From positions 38,880,401-38,944,400 of the forward strand of contig CM120641.1 of the NCBI GenBank assembly GCA_051362555.1: a stretch of 64,000 nucleotides of DNA. The letters run 5' to 3'. How positions within the stretch are numbered: the first letter of the stretch is position 1; each line of letters opens with the position of its first letter. This DNA is from Lingula anatina. Lineage: Eukaryota > Animalia > Brachiopoda. Under the pieces are notes generated by a model that did no database searches, was not told the DNA's origin, and saw only the letters and a list, made by a program, of their open reading frames with translations. This document shows, one piece after another, positions 41,196-55,304 of the stretch. A program made the translations under genes and the position numbers.

Positions 41196-44100
41196 ATGAG
41201 CAGCCAGCTAACGTATGAGGCTTTTGCTGACTTTTTCATCAAAGCCGATACCGACAGGAGCATGGAACTTAGTATCGATGAATTAATCGAAAGTCTATCA
41301 AAGCATGGTTACGTGGGCAAGGAGCAGCAAATTAGGGTAAGGCAACGCCTTTCAAATCACACGTATCAGGGAAACACTGAATTTGCAGTGCGTAATTTAA
41401 TTTCCATATTAAAGCAGGTATGTCCTCTAAAAATGTCGAATATAGCACTAACGTAGCTTCATACCCACATGCATTAATATATTCAAATATTAAATGATAA
41501 TTCTATATCTAATTCGATTCTAATTCTATATCTTATAAAAGCAGGTTTTATTTATGATAGACACACTGTATAGAGTCTTTAGGACTTTTTATCAATCCTT
41601 ATGCATTAGGTCGCACTCAAAAAGATAAATAGGAAGTGTCAACAGTTTTAAGATGGAAAGATAGACCTTATTTTAAGAAAGCGTCATCATCCAGTGGCAG
41701 TGCCTGGTGTAAAGAGTTCTCTTAAATCTCAAGGTAATAACAATGCAATATTATTGTCTGCAGTAATTTCCATTAAGCACAAGTGAAATATTAAAACCTA
41801 TATATGTATTGTAGGCCTATGTGACCTCTTAATGCCAGCCGTACCTATGTTCTCACATAAACGCTGGTGGCAGTCACCAATTCATTCAACTTTCAACCTT
41901 CAACCTTCAATGACATTTGACTGTTGGCGAGACCATTTTTACAATGACTATGAACTAACGGTATATTCTATAACGTACGGTGCTAAAACTACAAAGAAAA
42001 AATAATATAGGTTTAGATTGATATTCAGACAATATTATATGATTAAGGTATATAATCAGTCACTTTGGGTGACTACGTAGCCCAATGCATTCCAATGTAA
42101 GGGAGGAGCTCGAGGTTTTAAAAGACACATATTTCATACCAGGAGCCTCAGTTATCGAGATGTACATATATGAAACAATAACCAAGTAGTTACATATTTT
42201 TACCCTGGCAACACCCTCACAACCACGCCCGTTATTAGAGACCCACAAGACAACTACCGAATCTTTCTCTGAGTACTTTAACCCCGCCACAGTGCTGCAC
42301 TGATCTCCAGCATTTGACCAGCGGTCAACTGAGGCCAATGCCGTGCCTCGAGCTGTGGTGAAACCTAACCTGTGGCTTTCTGTAAAATGACCACTTGTTG
42401 ATTATCTGTACCGAAAATCACTATGATGGGGATTTTTTTCCCTTTTTTATAGACGACAGAAAGATGACAGGTTCATGCTGGACTTGATTGATTATACAGT
42501 ATGTCCACCTTTGACTTTGGGTGATAATTTTTAATGTTATCATATATTTTCAATAGCGCCTTCCACCCGGTCTTTTTGCAGAATATTTCCCCATCTATGC
42601 TAATAATGAAAGTGGAAGATACATGTTTGATTATTATTCATTTCGGTACAAGTGTCTTTTATTTACTACACAGCAAACAGAGCATTATTATAACGTTGCC
42701 ATAACTTTTATATAACCAATATGTCATATATATGTAACAATAACGTAATGTAACAATAACGTTATAAAACGTCCGGTGTTTGCTGGGAATGACCTTACGA
42801 TATATCATGTAACCATGGGACTAAAATAACTATTTGAATTTGGTTAACGCCAGGTGCATGTTGAGTGGATTGAAATATGTAGTGAATACGTCTCATACAA
42901 ACACGTGTCGCCACTGGGAGGATCGAATGCCAAGACCGGTTCTTTAGCAAATAATACAGCAATATCATTTGTATCAAAATATCCACTTGAAGGTCGTGCT
43001 TTGAAATGGGATTTAAGTTTTGGAAATATATACCCAGACACGAGCTGTTTGTCTCTTTCTCCTCACAGCGTGGGGGCGACAAAACGCGTGTTCGTTTACC
43101 CGAGGGGACGTTGAAGTAAAATAAATTGTCTGGCCAAGGTGCACACCGGGCCTTTACTGTTTAGTAAAACCTCTGATACTCTTACACAGTATTATTTTTT
43201 AGGTTACTTCCCCTGGTAATCTGGCTAGGATTAGTCATATTCATTAAAATCATTGCATCAATATTTTATAATGTCATAGGCCTACTTTTTTCACTTCAAT
43301 CATTTAGTGGAAAGAAAAATGAAACGCATACCCAATTAATTTAAGTGACGTTAAGATGCAGAGAATATAAGTCTGTGTACAAAGTGAAAGTCTGTATTTT
43401 CCTAAGTACTTGTACGTGCTGGACTTTGAATGCTAGAATGTAGTATATTGGGAAACTCTCTTGCTGTCTGCCATTATAATTGACTATGCATCAATCATAA
43501 GATAATACAACCGACATTAACACTATAGATATATTGATCAATTATTTAATGACAGGAATCGACTGGGTATTACTGTCGTGTTTTTTTCATTTCATAAAGA
43601 AATTAACTCTCAAATCGTATAGCAAAAAAGTCAATAGATTTTTGTAGTCAGCACACAGGACGTGAACAATGCATGGACGTCTTTAGTCGAGGTTTAAGAA
43701 TGGTCACAGGTCAGTGGAAATCACACCACTGCAAGGAGCATACAGCTGACCGTACCACAGTGGCCAGGCATCATGAGGTATATGATACAAAACTCGGTGG
43801 AATCCAGCAATTCGTATCAGTCAAGCGCACATGGTCAACCACCCGCGTGCCGGCGACGTTTGAAGTGTATTTTAAAAGATTTCATGCTGACACGACAACA
43901 TATTTTTTTGCCTCTGGAGCCTTACTGATAAAGGGCTACTGTCAATGAATATGTCGCTACTGTATAACTCAAGAAAACAATTTCATCGCCATGCTTAGGA
44001 ATGTAAGATACGTGCCTTGAGTGAAAAAGATAACCCAGACAGCTTTCGCATACTACGCGAATGCGTATCTCAGTTTTACGTTAAAGCCATTACACTATTT

Positions 44101-45771
44101 TATATGTCTCGACTGAGATGGGCTGTGGCATCCAGCCACACAAACAATACACGTGGTTTCAGAGGTCACCTTCATGCTGGCAACACCTTGTCATTTCAAG
44201 CTTGTCCGTGATATATGTACCTGTACATTATACATATATTATGCATGGATCATATATGGAAATGTTTTCCAATCCAGTTTATATAGATATTGAATGGGTT
44301 TGAAAAGCCTGTGGTATGAGAGGTGGGGCGCATAACTTCCTTTCCCAGATACGAGTATTTGCTTGTATGACACCGTATTTGAAGAGTGGTAATATCACTT
44401 GAGAACATGAAGGGTTCGGTAACCATAAAGCGACGGGGTATTGCACAGATCAGCCTATTCTCCGTACTTTTAGCACGACGCATACTGTACTGTACTCACT
44501 ATGCCCAAGGAAAGAGCGAACAACTTACGCTATTTTTCTTAGGTTTTAAGACTTGATGAAAAGAACATGCGAAACAACTAAAATGCCTGCTCCACCCAGA
44601 TATGAAAAAGCAGGTTAGCAGACAAGTCTACGTTTGTCATGTTATTATATAACGCGCGTTATTTGCCGCATACCTATCAATAATGTATGACTTGCTCTTA
44701 TGAGATTCTACTTTTATATACCGGTGCGTGTACATTATCAGTGTATGATTTAGTTAGACATGTAATAATACAAACCGTACGCATTAAACAGCGATTTAAA
44801 ACGAGTTATAAATCTTTGCAGAGGTTTTTAGATATAGATCTTTGCGTACATTAAAATCTGCAATACAGCGACAATACTGCACTGTCTTTACACTATATGG
44901 AACTGAGAATGACATTAATTATCCACAGAGTGTAATTTAAGAATCTAGGTCAAAGTTTTATTGGCTCGGTAACAAGACGGATATTAAACTTACAGTCAGA
45001 CCTGTTTTTCAATGTAATGCTTTTATATAGGGAAGTGTACATATGGATTTGTCTAGAATGTGTACTTTTTGTTCAGAGTCCCGCTGTGTAGGCGTAACAT
45101 ACACGCCACTTTTAAATTGGGGTCAGATTCCCGGTCAGGGACAATAAAGTTCACGACGGCCTTGGGAAAGACTAGTTAACAGATAGTGGTGTGAATGCTA
45201 TAGTTGAGAATATGATGTCACAATCATCACACCCAAGACTATTCATAGCTGCGATCCTGGGTCGTTTTTGTCAGAGCGAAAAGCCACATAATGCATTTTT
45301 CCCATGCGGGTATAAAATGCATCTGTTGTGGGGGCAAAAAATTATGACACTTTTTTTCTGGTTTATTTTTGACTGTAGAAATTTCACCTTTTTTCTTTTT
45401 TTTTCAGAGAGCGTTTAAGGATGCCGACACTGACGGTGATGGGCAAATCTCATTTGAAGAATACATGACTGCCATGGGGTTTACCCTTATCAAGAAACAC
45501 AAGTAAGATCACAGCCTCTCACTTCATTCATTAGCAGACACTTTGTAGGTGTTAGGAATTTAGACACTTCTCACAGATCAGTGCTTTCGCATGTGCAATG
45601 CACGGTATACACACGCCTTGCATAAGCTGGTCTGCGTTATTGCTGTTCTAATTTCGTCACGTATTTGTTATAGGGATAATATGGGGGAAAGGTGCACGCG
45701 TTTAGGCCCTTTTTATCAATCACAGCTACACGCGTGCGTCACACACCCACGCACACACTCGCGCACGCACG

Positions 45772-45813
<42 letters not shown>

Positions 45814-47444
45814 GCCATACTGCAGTCTGTATATGGTGGTATTTATGGAAGATTGTTATTGAAACGTAATCTGTGATATGAATTAAATATAAAAAATGAA
45901 GGTAAGCTTTTTTTTTTACGAGAGGCCGGTTGACCTCACCTAGCCATCAAGGTGATATATATTTTTCTGTCAGTTTCAACTTGATGTTCCGAAATATCTT
46001 ACTCTGTCAAATAGTCAATAAGTAGAAATAAGTAAAATAACGATGGAATTCTATGATAATCCGTCTAATATCACACCTTGAGGTCTCATGAGCGGTAGTA
46101 TCATTTATCCGTGAAGCAGGTGCCATTTCACAAAAATCCCGTTACCTTCATCGCAGGCACGCAGGAAGGGCATGGAAACCCATTTTTGGCTGCCTTTAAA
46201 TAGCTCCAGACCTACCCACAATTCATTTCCTCTCTGCCATCCTTTCGGCCACCCTAGTGTTACTGCAGTGGGGTGTTCACGGTTTACCTCTTTTATAGAA
46301 TTAAGCTTATTTATTGGTTATCATGGCTTATTACGGACGTGCGCCTGCTCCAAGAAGCCCCGGTAGTGGGGGAATGAGGTGAGTCCTGGCCAGAGCAACT
46401 TCAAAGTGTAAGAGCATATGGAATGATTAGATTAAGTACAGTAGGCATACACTCGTAGATGGTAGTTGGTTCGAATCGATTCAATTTAAAACCTGAACAT
46501 GCTAGATCATGGTGTTGGTGCGCCTTATTTAGTAAACTTCAATAAACAGAGCATTTTGATATTGCCCATGATTAAAGAATTAAAACTGCACGGTAGTCGC
46601 AGGGTCTGCTTCCTACGGGTAAAGCTACCTGTATCAAATCATTAAACATCAGTTAACTGTGAGTGAATTATCGGATGATCAAGGGCAGCTCAAGGATGGC
46701 TCGGTCGGCCAGGTAAGGTGAAGGCATCAGACACACCGGAATCCCACTATCGACACGTAGACCACATGTGCACTCATACATCATTTCCATGAACTTTTAA
46801 CACAAACCTGAGCTGATGTACGCCATGTATTGAGGGGTATTAATCTTTATCAGGCTGAATCTCTATGGTATATCGGTTTATCTGTTGAAAACAACAGTTT
46901 TAATCATAGCTGGTCTGCTGGCAGATCAAGGTCTTAAATGATTTGTTTGGTTGGGGAAATGAGAAGACTTATTTGCATTGGTTTGCCCAGTAGGCCTACA
47001 GTATATGTATTAAAGAATAGAGGAAAGAAAACAAACGGAGGGGTGGCGTATGGTCCTCACCCCCTCCTTCTCCTGACTGTACACAGGATGGATGGGAGTA
47101 AAAATATTGTAGGTGCGGGGCTTGATTAGGTGCTGACAGGTTGGCCATTTTATTGGTTAGGATGGAGAAGATGATAAAATGAAAGATTTATCTGAAAGCC
47201 TAAAGGTGTCAGATGTCTCTTGTTAAAATGTTTGTTACGCATTTTTACGCTAGTAATGTGTGATTTATCTTGATGAAACCTATTTAATAATGTTGTAAAT
47301 ATGTGACGCGTATCACTGAAAAACACACAAATAAATCATAGCAAGGATGCAGAATCAACCTCATTCATCTTTCCCAACGCCTTAGTTTGTTTTTATGAGC
47401 AACTTTATGTACAATATTTGAGTTGCAGTTTCCCAGTACACGTT

Positions 47445-47483
<39 letters not shown>

Positions 47484-48396
47484 TTTTGTATTTGGAATTG
47501 ACACATTGCACATGATAAAGAAATGCACTTATTTAAACATCTAAAAACAGCGAATCATGGTGACATATTGGACCTAAGAAACCAATGGTTTTCCATTGTT
47601 TCAATATACAAAATACACGATACAATGATCATGAGGTTCTCCTTCTCAGGGGTACTGCCCTTTGGCGAAGCTTCCAAGAATTCGACAAGTCCAACAGCGG
47701 CTTCGTGGTGTATACCCAGGTGGAAATTATCCTCCAGCGAGTACGAAAGCATTTCATCTTTTCTGAGTACCGCAAGCTCACCGACCTTGCCGCAAAAATG
47801 AAGGACTCAAACGGGAAACTTAACTACATGGACTACGTGCATGAGGTAAGTCGATTCACGTAGTTGGCTGTCTGAGTTAAGACGTCTTACTTAAGTCAAA
47901 AAATTTAAAACAAAACGGTTTTAAAGATTCTGTTCAAGATCTACCTATCAGTTTTCTACACCCCCTCAAATAAATAAATAAAATACATAGTGGCACAGAA
48001 GAAAGAAAAAAAGTTCACAGATCGCGCTGAATTGGTCATGGCGAAAAATGCTTGCTGTTGGCTAAGTCGTTTATGGACACTATACTGTACAATGTATTGT
48101 CCTTTAATTGAGATTTCTTCTGAAAATGCACATACTGTAACTTCGCTTTCAGACTGACACGAGATACCTAAGTTTACGATATCCTTACAGGTGTCTGTTA
48201 CAAACATTATGTTACTGTCTTTTGTCCATTGTTTTTCTCAATAGAAATCTTATATTTCAGCTGGTAAAAATGGGTTTGATTGAAATTGAAGGCATAACGG
48301 AGCTCAAGGAGGCCAAGCAGAAAATAGCCGAGAAGGAGGTGAAGGAGGAGGTTACAGCCCAACAGACACAGCAAGTAACAATGACAGCTAAACCAG
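41196..48396 (+). CDS. Calmodulin-like EF-hand module of gene B; join(41196..41336,45408..45502,47650..47845,48261..48396), ending in a phase-1 donor
   Basis: EF loops DTDRSMELSIDE and DTDGDGQISFEE. Exon 2 (RAFKDADTDGDGQISFEEYMTAMGF) closely matches gene A exon 2 and has the same 95-nt length. Intron phases 0,2,0,1 match gene A; exon 4 ends CCA G|GTGGGT. Confidence 0.9.
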
Positions 48397-49958
48397 GTGG
48401 GTATACAGACGTCTTTACACCTTTCTTAATACTGTTTTTATATTGTATAAGCTGATATCGCTATATGATATTATAACGATTACTTTATTTTTCCTGTTAC
48501 ATTTAGGTTTTTACTTGGATTTATTTTTTTCCACTTGATAAATTAATAACTTTGTTACACAACATATATATAAATAATATGTAAGCAATACGTCTGTGTC
48601 TGTTTAAACTAACTGTCATATCATCAGTGCACTTAACCCTTTTTTTGTACAGAAGGCATTTTTTCCATATTCAGTGGTGTAGTATTTATTTCCAGCGTTA
48701 TTTAGTTAAAATAATATATTACATGTAATCTTCAAGTTCCTTGTTCATTTTTACATTGATTCGATGTTATTTATTTACTCAAATAACAAATGTGTTATAG
48801 GCATATGATAATAATAATTTCATATATATATTAATATTTTACAAACAAGTATAAACATAGTAGTACAGGCATAGTAACGATATAAAAAAGAATCAAGTGC
48901 CAAACAGTTACCAGTACAGCTACACAAGCCTTTTCAGTAAGTCGATTAATTATGAATCTCATAAAAAATTACTACAGCGTGTTTTTAATGTTGTTTATCT
49001 TTCTAACCTTCTTTTAGACTTCTGTTGTCCTTTAACTACACTAGGACTGTTAAAAATGTAATTCTAATCTACTTTTAAAACATTTTACCATTGAACCAGA
49101 TGAAGAACAATAATGAAAGTGACAGTGTTTTGTTCACAATTTCAATCCTACGTTATTGTACTGGACTTTTATGAGACTATTAATTGTAATCCACAATTTG
49201 AAATGTTATCTGATAATATATATACATATAGAATTGGGTCTACCGATCGTTAGCGACCGTTTGGTGGGTTTATTTTTACGAAAAAAAATTGCGTAAAGGA
49301 TATCCATTTGTAGCGTATTGTACCACATGTATATGCGGCAGGCTTTGTATCTGTTATGTAGTGTAAATTATGAGAGTTGAACTGTCTAGCGTGGACCCAG
49401 GGAAATAACAACAACAACAGGCAAGCCCTGGGAAATTGGTTAGATCTTTGGCACGACTTGCGGTTGGAACCAGGACTCAAGTGTTATCTCCAAAACACGA
49501 CTTCTTTTTTTCTCTCGTCCGTTTCATGCTTTGTGGTTTCTTTTGATACCGGGAATGAAAGGGTAGCACGAGCAGAAACCTAGGAAAAGTGTAGAGAAAA
49601 TTTGGAATATTCAATTATGTAACGTTGATTTGTGTCTATGCTGAAAATTTTACTATCCGTGTGGCTTCAGTTCAAGTTTTTAGGATGATGCTGAAATGTA
49701 TGCTGTTTCCAATTATTGTGGTTGCTGCCTGAACATGAAACCTTCCTTATATGTTATATAATTAATAAATGACACAACCGTTACCTTACTTTTGCCAATT
49801 CCTCCCTTTCCTTTGTTGGCCTTTGATGGAATATTTCTTAAATGTTATTTTGTATTGAATTGCTTCCATTTGACATAATGCATTCTTTACCTCTTCATCT
49901 TTCCTCCCCCTGCCTTTGTCGTTGTCTTGCGTGTTCGTGTGGTATTTCATCGAGTAAG

Positions 49959-52900
49959 GCGAAACTGTGGCCGCAGCATCTCCCCTGGAGGAGGCCCCTG
50001 GCTTTCCTCGTTTGGCTCTGAACAAACCTGCAGAAGCATCCACGCAAAATGCGGCAGGTACCACAGTTTAGATTTCCATCAACTGCATGTGCCAACCTAG
50101 CTATCTTAATATCTGATTCGAAAATAAAATAAATTCTGTAGATTCAGTTCTGCATCTATTTAGTTTATTAACAAGCTTTTATAATGCTTTTCTGACGTCT
50201 TACTTCTTTTCTTTGTTACATACCTTTGTAAAATGACTTTCCAGTGAAGGGTGCTTTTGTTTAACGAGGAACTTAGGATTTACATCTTTTCACTTTATTC
50301 TTTCTTTCTTTCTACCTTTATTCTTGATTAAGCAGGGTTAAAAATGCCTCCTAAAACGCAACCCAAGCCTGGTCAGGCACCGCCGCCCGGCCAAAAGGTG
50401 GCGTCACCAACATCTCCAGGTAGGTGGCGGTATTTGCAGTGTGCAGTTCCCAAAATCTAGAATTCTATACTAAAGTGGTCATGAAAACAAGAATGCCAAA
50501 GCTTGCTGATGAATAGCTTTTTAATCATCTTCTTTGTCTTTGAAGTCAGTTTCTCTTTTCGAACTAATTTTTCTTGGTATATGTGTTTTTACTGCAGGAT
50601 ATTGCTTTGATTAAATCTCTCTTTTTCTACAAATGTATATGCTGAGCAGCTTGGCTGACAGGAAAAAATGTTTACAGCAATCATTTGTACATGGGTGCAA
50701 AGACGTATACAAATACACTTTTTTCTCTTTTCTCTTCTATCCTACTTAAATTTCGCGTACTTACCACAACAAAGGCCCTAAGTCACCCCCTCCTGTTCCT
50801 CCCAAGCCCCAGAGACAGGATTCTGCAGGTAATACTAACGTCAGTGTAACCACGAATGTCACCTTTAACCTCGCTGATGTCCAGCCTGCTGTAGAACCTA
50901 ACCAGATGCAAGTCCAAGTTGTCCAGCTAACACCAGGTATCTTTGTCAAAGATATCTAGTCTTTGCTTTTTTTCCTTTTCACCAAGTATTAGATATTAGA
51001 TATTTCGGGGGTTAAATTTTAATAGGAATTGTGTGTGAAATGATGTGATTTTATGTAGACCCTGAGTTTATAAAGGAATTTGCAGGTTTGCATGTCAGTT
51101 ATCCTAAACACTTTTTTGGAAATCATTTGCAGAAAAAGTTAAGTTCTGAGTTAAATCATAAAATGACCACAAAGACCATCAAACAACAGCATACGTGAAA
51201 GTGAACATGCATACAGTGCAGTAAAACATACGATACTAAAGCAGGGTTAGCAGTGTCAGAGTTCCAAGAAAGCAGTTTTGAAATAACACGGCCTCCTTGA
51301 ACTTTGACTTTTGCAATTCTGTCTGCGAATCTTAAGAAATTCGAGAATCCGTTTTTTTTAATCATTAAGTCTTAGGACGAAAACAAAGCACCCACAACTG
51401 ACTGCGAGGTTTTATATTGATTAGTTTCATAATGAAGTCCGTTACATAGTATACTAGTGGGTGTGCTTGTGCAACTAAGAGGTAGATCTGAACCACCAAT
51501 GTATTATGTAATTTGGTAAAAGGTTGGGAAAGTTTAAGAAAATTTAAGAAAAAAAAACAAGATCTGTAAATTAAAATCTGTAAATTAAAATTCATCAAAG
51601 GCATTGTCATAGAAAAACCTTGGCCCCATTAAACACTGAGTTCATACATAACGTAGTGAACCCCGTTTCAAACGTAAGCTCCAAATTTGATAATGGTCAC
51701 GTCCTAAACTCAGCATTGTCAACACGAATAAAGTGCTATAGTGTAATACAATAATGGAACGACAGTTGCTAAGTAAAATGTTATCTGTAGTTTAAATTTA
51801 TTAGGAAGTGTATTTGAAAAAATACAAACGCCGTAACAACGAATGGAGCTATATAATAGCAAATGATACTAACAGGCTTAACTCTATTTTAAAGTATTTT
51901 CAGTAAAAGGAAGTTATGGAATGAGGTATGCAGATTTATTGTTCCTTTGTTCTTACGAACGGGACACGTTATAATTCACTAATAATATAACATCGTTTTT
52001 ATACTAAACTAATTTCAAAATTAATATTAGTCTAACCAAGATGCATGTATGATTTTCTATTATCTGGTTGGTCTTAGCCTTGCTTATTTATTGTAGATGA
52101 AAATGTCCAATAGAGATACAATTACGATTGCTGACATGCAACACAAAATTAGATTAAGCATTTTACCAATGGAGATATCAGTTCATATTTCCAAACTTGC
52201 ACACGACATCCAGTGGATGTCATCCACCCACATTTTGCATCTAAAATAGCTGTGATTGCTAGTATACTGTCAGCTGCACAATAGGTAACACATAAGTGCT
52301 TTGAATTGTTTATTATTGCGACAATTAATAGATGTGTTTAATGCGTTTACTCTGTGTCATTGGCGCTCTCTCACATCTGCCAATTACTTACTTTTTCCTT
52401 ATTTGTTTAAATTGACATAGGATAATACTGTCTATCATGGGATACGTTCTCTATCGTGCTATGTAAACGGCCAATTTCGTCGTTTAATTTATATCATAAG
52501 AACATGTTATTGTCGTACGCGTAGAGTAAGCTGAAGTACCTTTCTTTCTTGCATTCTAACGATCTTTATTTATGTTAGCAAAAACACCCCCTGCTACACC
52601 GCCTGGAAAAGCGGAAACACCAAAAGCAGCAGAGCCGCCACTTCCAAAACAGGAGCCCCCAAAACCAGAAGCACCTAAACAGGAACCCCCTAAACAAGAG
52701 CAACCCAAACCAGAGCCACCAAAACCTGCAGCTGAACCAGAGCAACCCAAACCAGAACCACCAAAACCTGCAGCTGAGCCAAAAGCTGAAGCCGCCTCAG
52801 TAAGTGTGCAGCTAGAACAACCAAAACCAGTGGAACCAGAACCCCCAAAACCAGCAGAACCTGAACCTCCGAAGAAAGAAGAACCGGAACCTCCGAAAGC

Positions 52901-55304
52901 AGCAGAACCAGAAGTTCCAAAAGCAGCAGAGCCCGAACAACCAAAACCAGTAGAACCAGAGGAACCAGCACCGGTTCAAGAGGTTGTCGTTGTTCAACCC
53001 GAACCAGAAAATAAAGCCGTAAATGAAGCAGAGCAAGCAAAACCTGAAGAACCTATGACACCCGTAGACGTACAGGTAGCTGAGGTAAAAGAAGTAGCGG
53101 ATACCCAGCCAGGTATATGAGTTGCATGACTTGCTGCTAAAGGATGCATGGGGATTTTTCTCGTGATCAGCATCTATATCTACTAATTGGGGTTTTTGTT
53201 TTTCAAAAGCTGTGGCAATTGCTTAGTTTATGATTTGCTGCATATCATTTGATTGTGTGACATGACATTTAAATGACTTTGATAAGATGTTTGACCACGC
53301 GTTATTTTGGGTAGCTTAAAATGTTATATATTATGTCTGTATCTAAGTATCCTATCTTCCTTCTCTCTATCACTTCACTCAACACAATATTTCTATGTTG
53401 TTCGTTTATCTATCCATGTTAATGATGAGCCGTTTCATCAATCCTTGACCAACATTTGTGATGCAAATCCAGTCATCCTAAGGCACTAGGCCCTACACGT
53501 CCTGCCATTTCCTACCAGAATTGTACTTACAGGCGGAGGAGAAAAAGGGGATGCAGGGGTAGCGAAATGCTATTATTTCGCTTCGGCAGCTTGTGCATGC
53601 AAAGCCTAAGGAACTTTGTCGTAGGCACAAAGTCACAGTTTTATCTCCCATCCCATTTTGCTAGGTGCGGAAATTGTACCTTCACAACAACTCCTCATTA
53701 GATCCGGTTTAGGCTCCCTCAAGTCTTTGTGTCTGCAATGTCTATTATCTTCCTTCACGGGCCATATCATAATTCACAAATCTACCCACATTTTCATCTT
53801 TTCAATAACTTGGAAATGTGTTTTTATATCGTCAAATGCATACATGTCTATAATCCATATTAGCCAATGAATCAACAGATGGAGCCCTTAAGTCTACTGC
53901 TGTCTTTGAGGACCATGAAAACCCCCCCTATGTTCAAAACGAAGCGCCTGGCTATTTGTCCATCCAAAAATCATTAGATGTAAAAGAAATGATTCAAGCG
54001 GAAGAATCAGTACCTCAGCTGGAAAACGAGAAGTCAACGCCTGTAATAGATCCTGAACAACCATGTTCCATAGAGCTTGAAAAAACAACTTCGTCAGAGG
54101 GTGACCAGTTAGCACCCACAGGCCTAGAACAACCAGATTCTTCAACATCCACGAAACTAGAGGAGCCCGTCGAAATGCAACCACCAACTACAGACCCAAT
54201 ATCAGTAAAACTAGCAGAACAAGAACCGACAAAATCACCTGTATCCCCAAAACAACAGGGACATATAGAAGAAACAGAAGCACAGCATACGGGCGTAACG
54301 GAGGGCAGTGACTTTGAACCGACTTCAAGAAAAGCAGACGGAACGCCATCAGCATGCAAACCACCAGAATCACCTGTAACAAGACCAGCAAAGCACCCCA
54401 CAGGGAAGATGCCCATAAGCTCTATAGATCCCGCCTCACCACAGCCATCAGGGCCCGATTCGTCAGCGTCCGAGCTCATTTTGTTGTCCGCTTATGACAC
54501 AAACGATTATATAGAGGAATCACAAATAAGCAGTCCATCTGAAACAAATTGGCAGAGGTTAGAAGGGGATGGATTGCCGGCATCTGTACCTGGGAATGTT
54601 ACTGAAGAGGAAAAGACAGGTTGCAACCTCTCAGGTATATTTGCTGCATGCTATGGGGGGGGGGGGGGGGGGGGGGGGGGGGAGAAGGCCTCGTGTTTTA
54701 ACGTAATTTTCATCAGCTGTGCATTAGTAAGTATTATGTTACAATCGTTACTTAACGATCATGTCTGAAAAGCTATATCGAAAGAAAATTATTTCAGAAG
54801 TCTTGTACTTGAGCATTGTTTAGTGTAAAATTCCTATCGATATTTGTGTTTTCTGCTGTTGTCAATCCAACTTTTACACTGCCTGGTCTCGCAGTTAACC
54901 TTATGTCTGTCTCTCTCACTTCATGTACATTTATCGCCTCTCCTCCCACTCAGTGTCCTGTTCATTCATTGATGCATATATATTACATACAAACCATCTA
55001 TCCTCGCAACAATACCTGAACGGCCGACCCGAATAAATGCCAATTCACAGTAGAGGTATGTGTGAATCTAATCACATAAAAACGTTCATCTATCTCACGA
55101 AAGCCGATGTCCCAACAAAGGATGGTGTAGTGAACAACACTGTCCAGGAAGATGACGAAGCGCCATCTGCTGTTGCAAAGAAGGTGATGTCCATAGGCCT
55201 TATGGAGGTTCAAAGAGAAGCCCCGGGATTGGGTTCAAACACTGAACCTGAAGTAAAGGCCTCAAAGTTCGCAGAGGCTCAATTTCAAAATGAGCCTAGT
55301 CCAG
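49959..55304 (+). CDS. Pro/Glu/Lys-rich (PEVK-like) disordered linker exons of gene B; join(49959..50057,50336..50419,50775..50936,52579..53112,53879..54634,55104..55304)
   Basis: Each segment is AG/GT-bounded, open, a multiple of 3 long (99, 84, 162, 534, 756, 201 nt) and phase 1-1, most ending CCA G|GT or GCA G|GT. Exon 52579-53112 carries EPPKP/EPEQPKP repeats. Confidence 0.7.

Noticed and set aside
46697-46760. tRNA/SINE-like A-box sequence, plus a B-box-like motif near 45120
   Set aside because: No cloverleaf or correctly spaced A+B boxes; at most a decayed SINE.
53533-53609. Possible alternative terminal exon of gene B (cag|GC GGA GGA...GCC TAA)
   Set aside because: Phase-compatible, but there is no compositional or homology support and such matches arise by chance.
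52556-54479. Minus-strand ORFs rich in Gly/Ser/Cys, Leu/Val or Phe/Trp
   Set aside because: They are antisense shadows of the repetitive Pro/Glu/Lys exons.
54655-54682. Long G-run extending ORF 53956-54768 (also C-runs at ~9895 and ~34140)
   Set aside because: It lies past the splice donor at 54634 and is an intronic homopolymer of unreliable length, not poly-Gly coding sequence.
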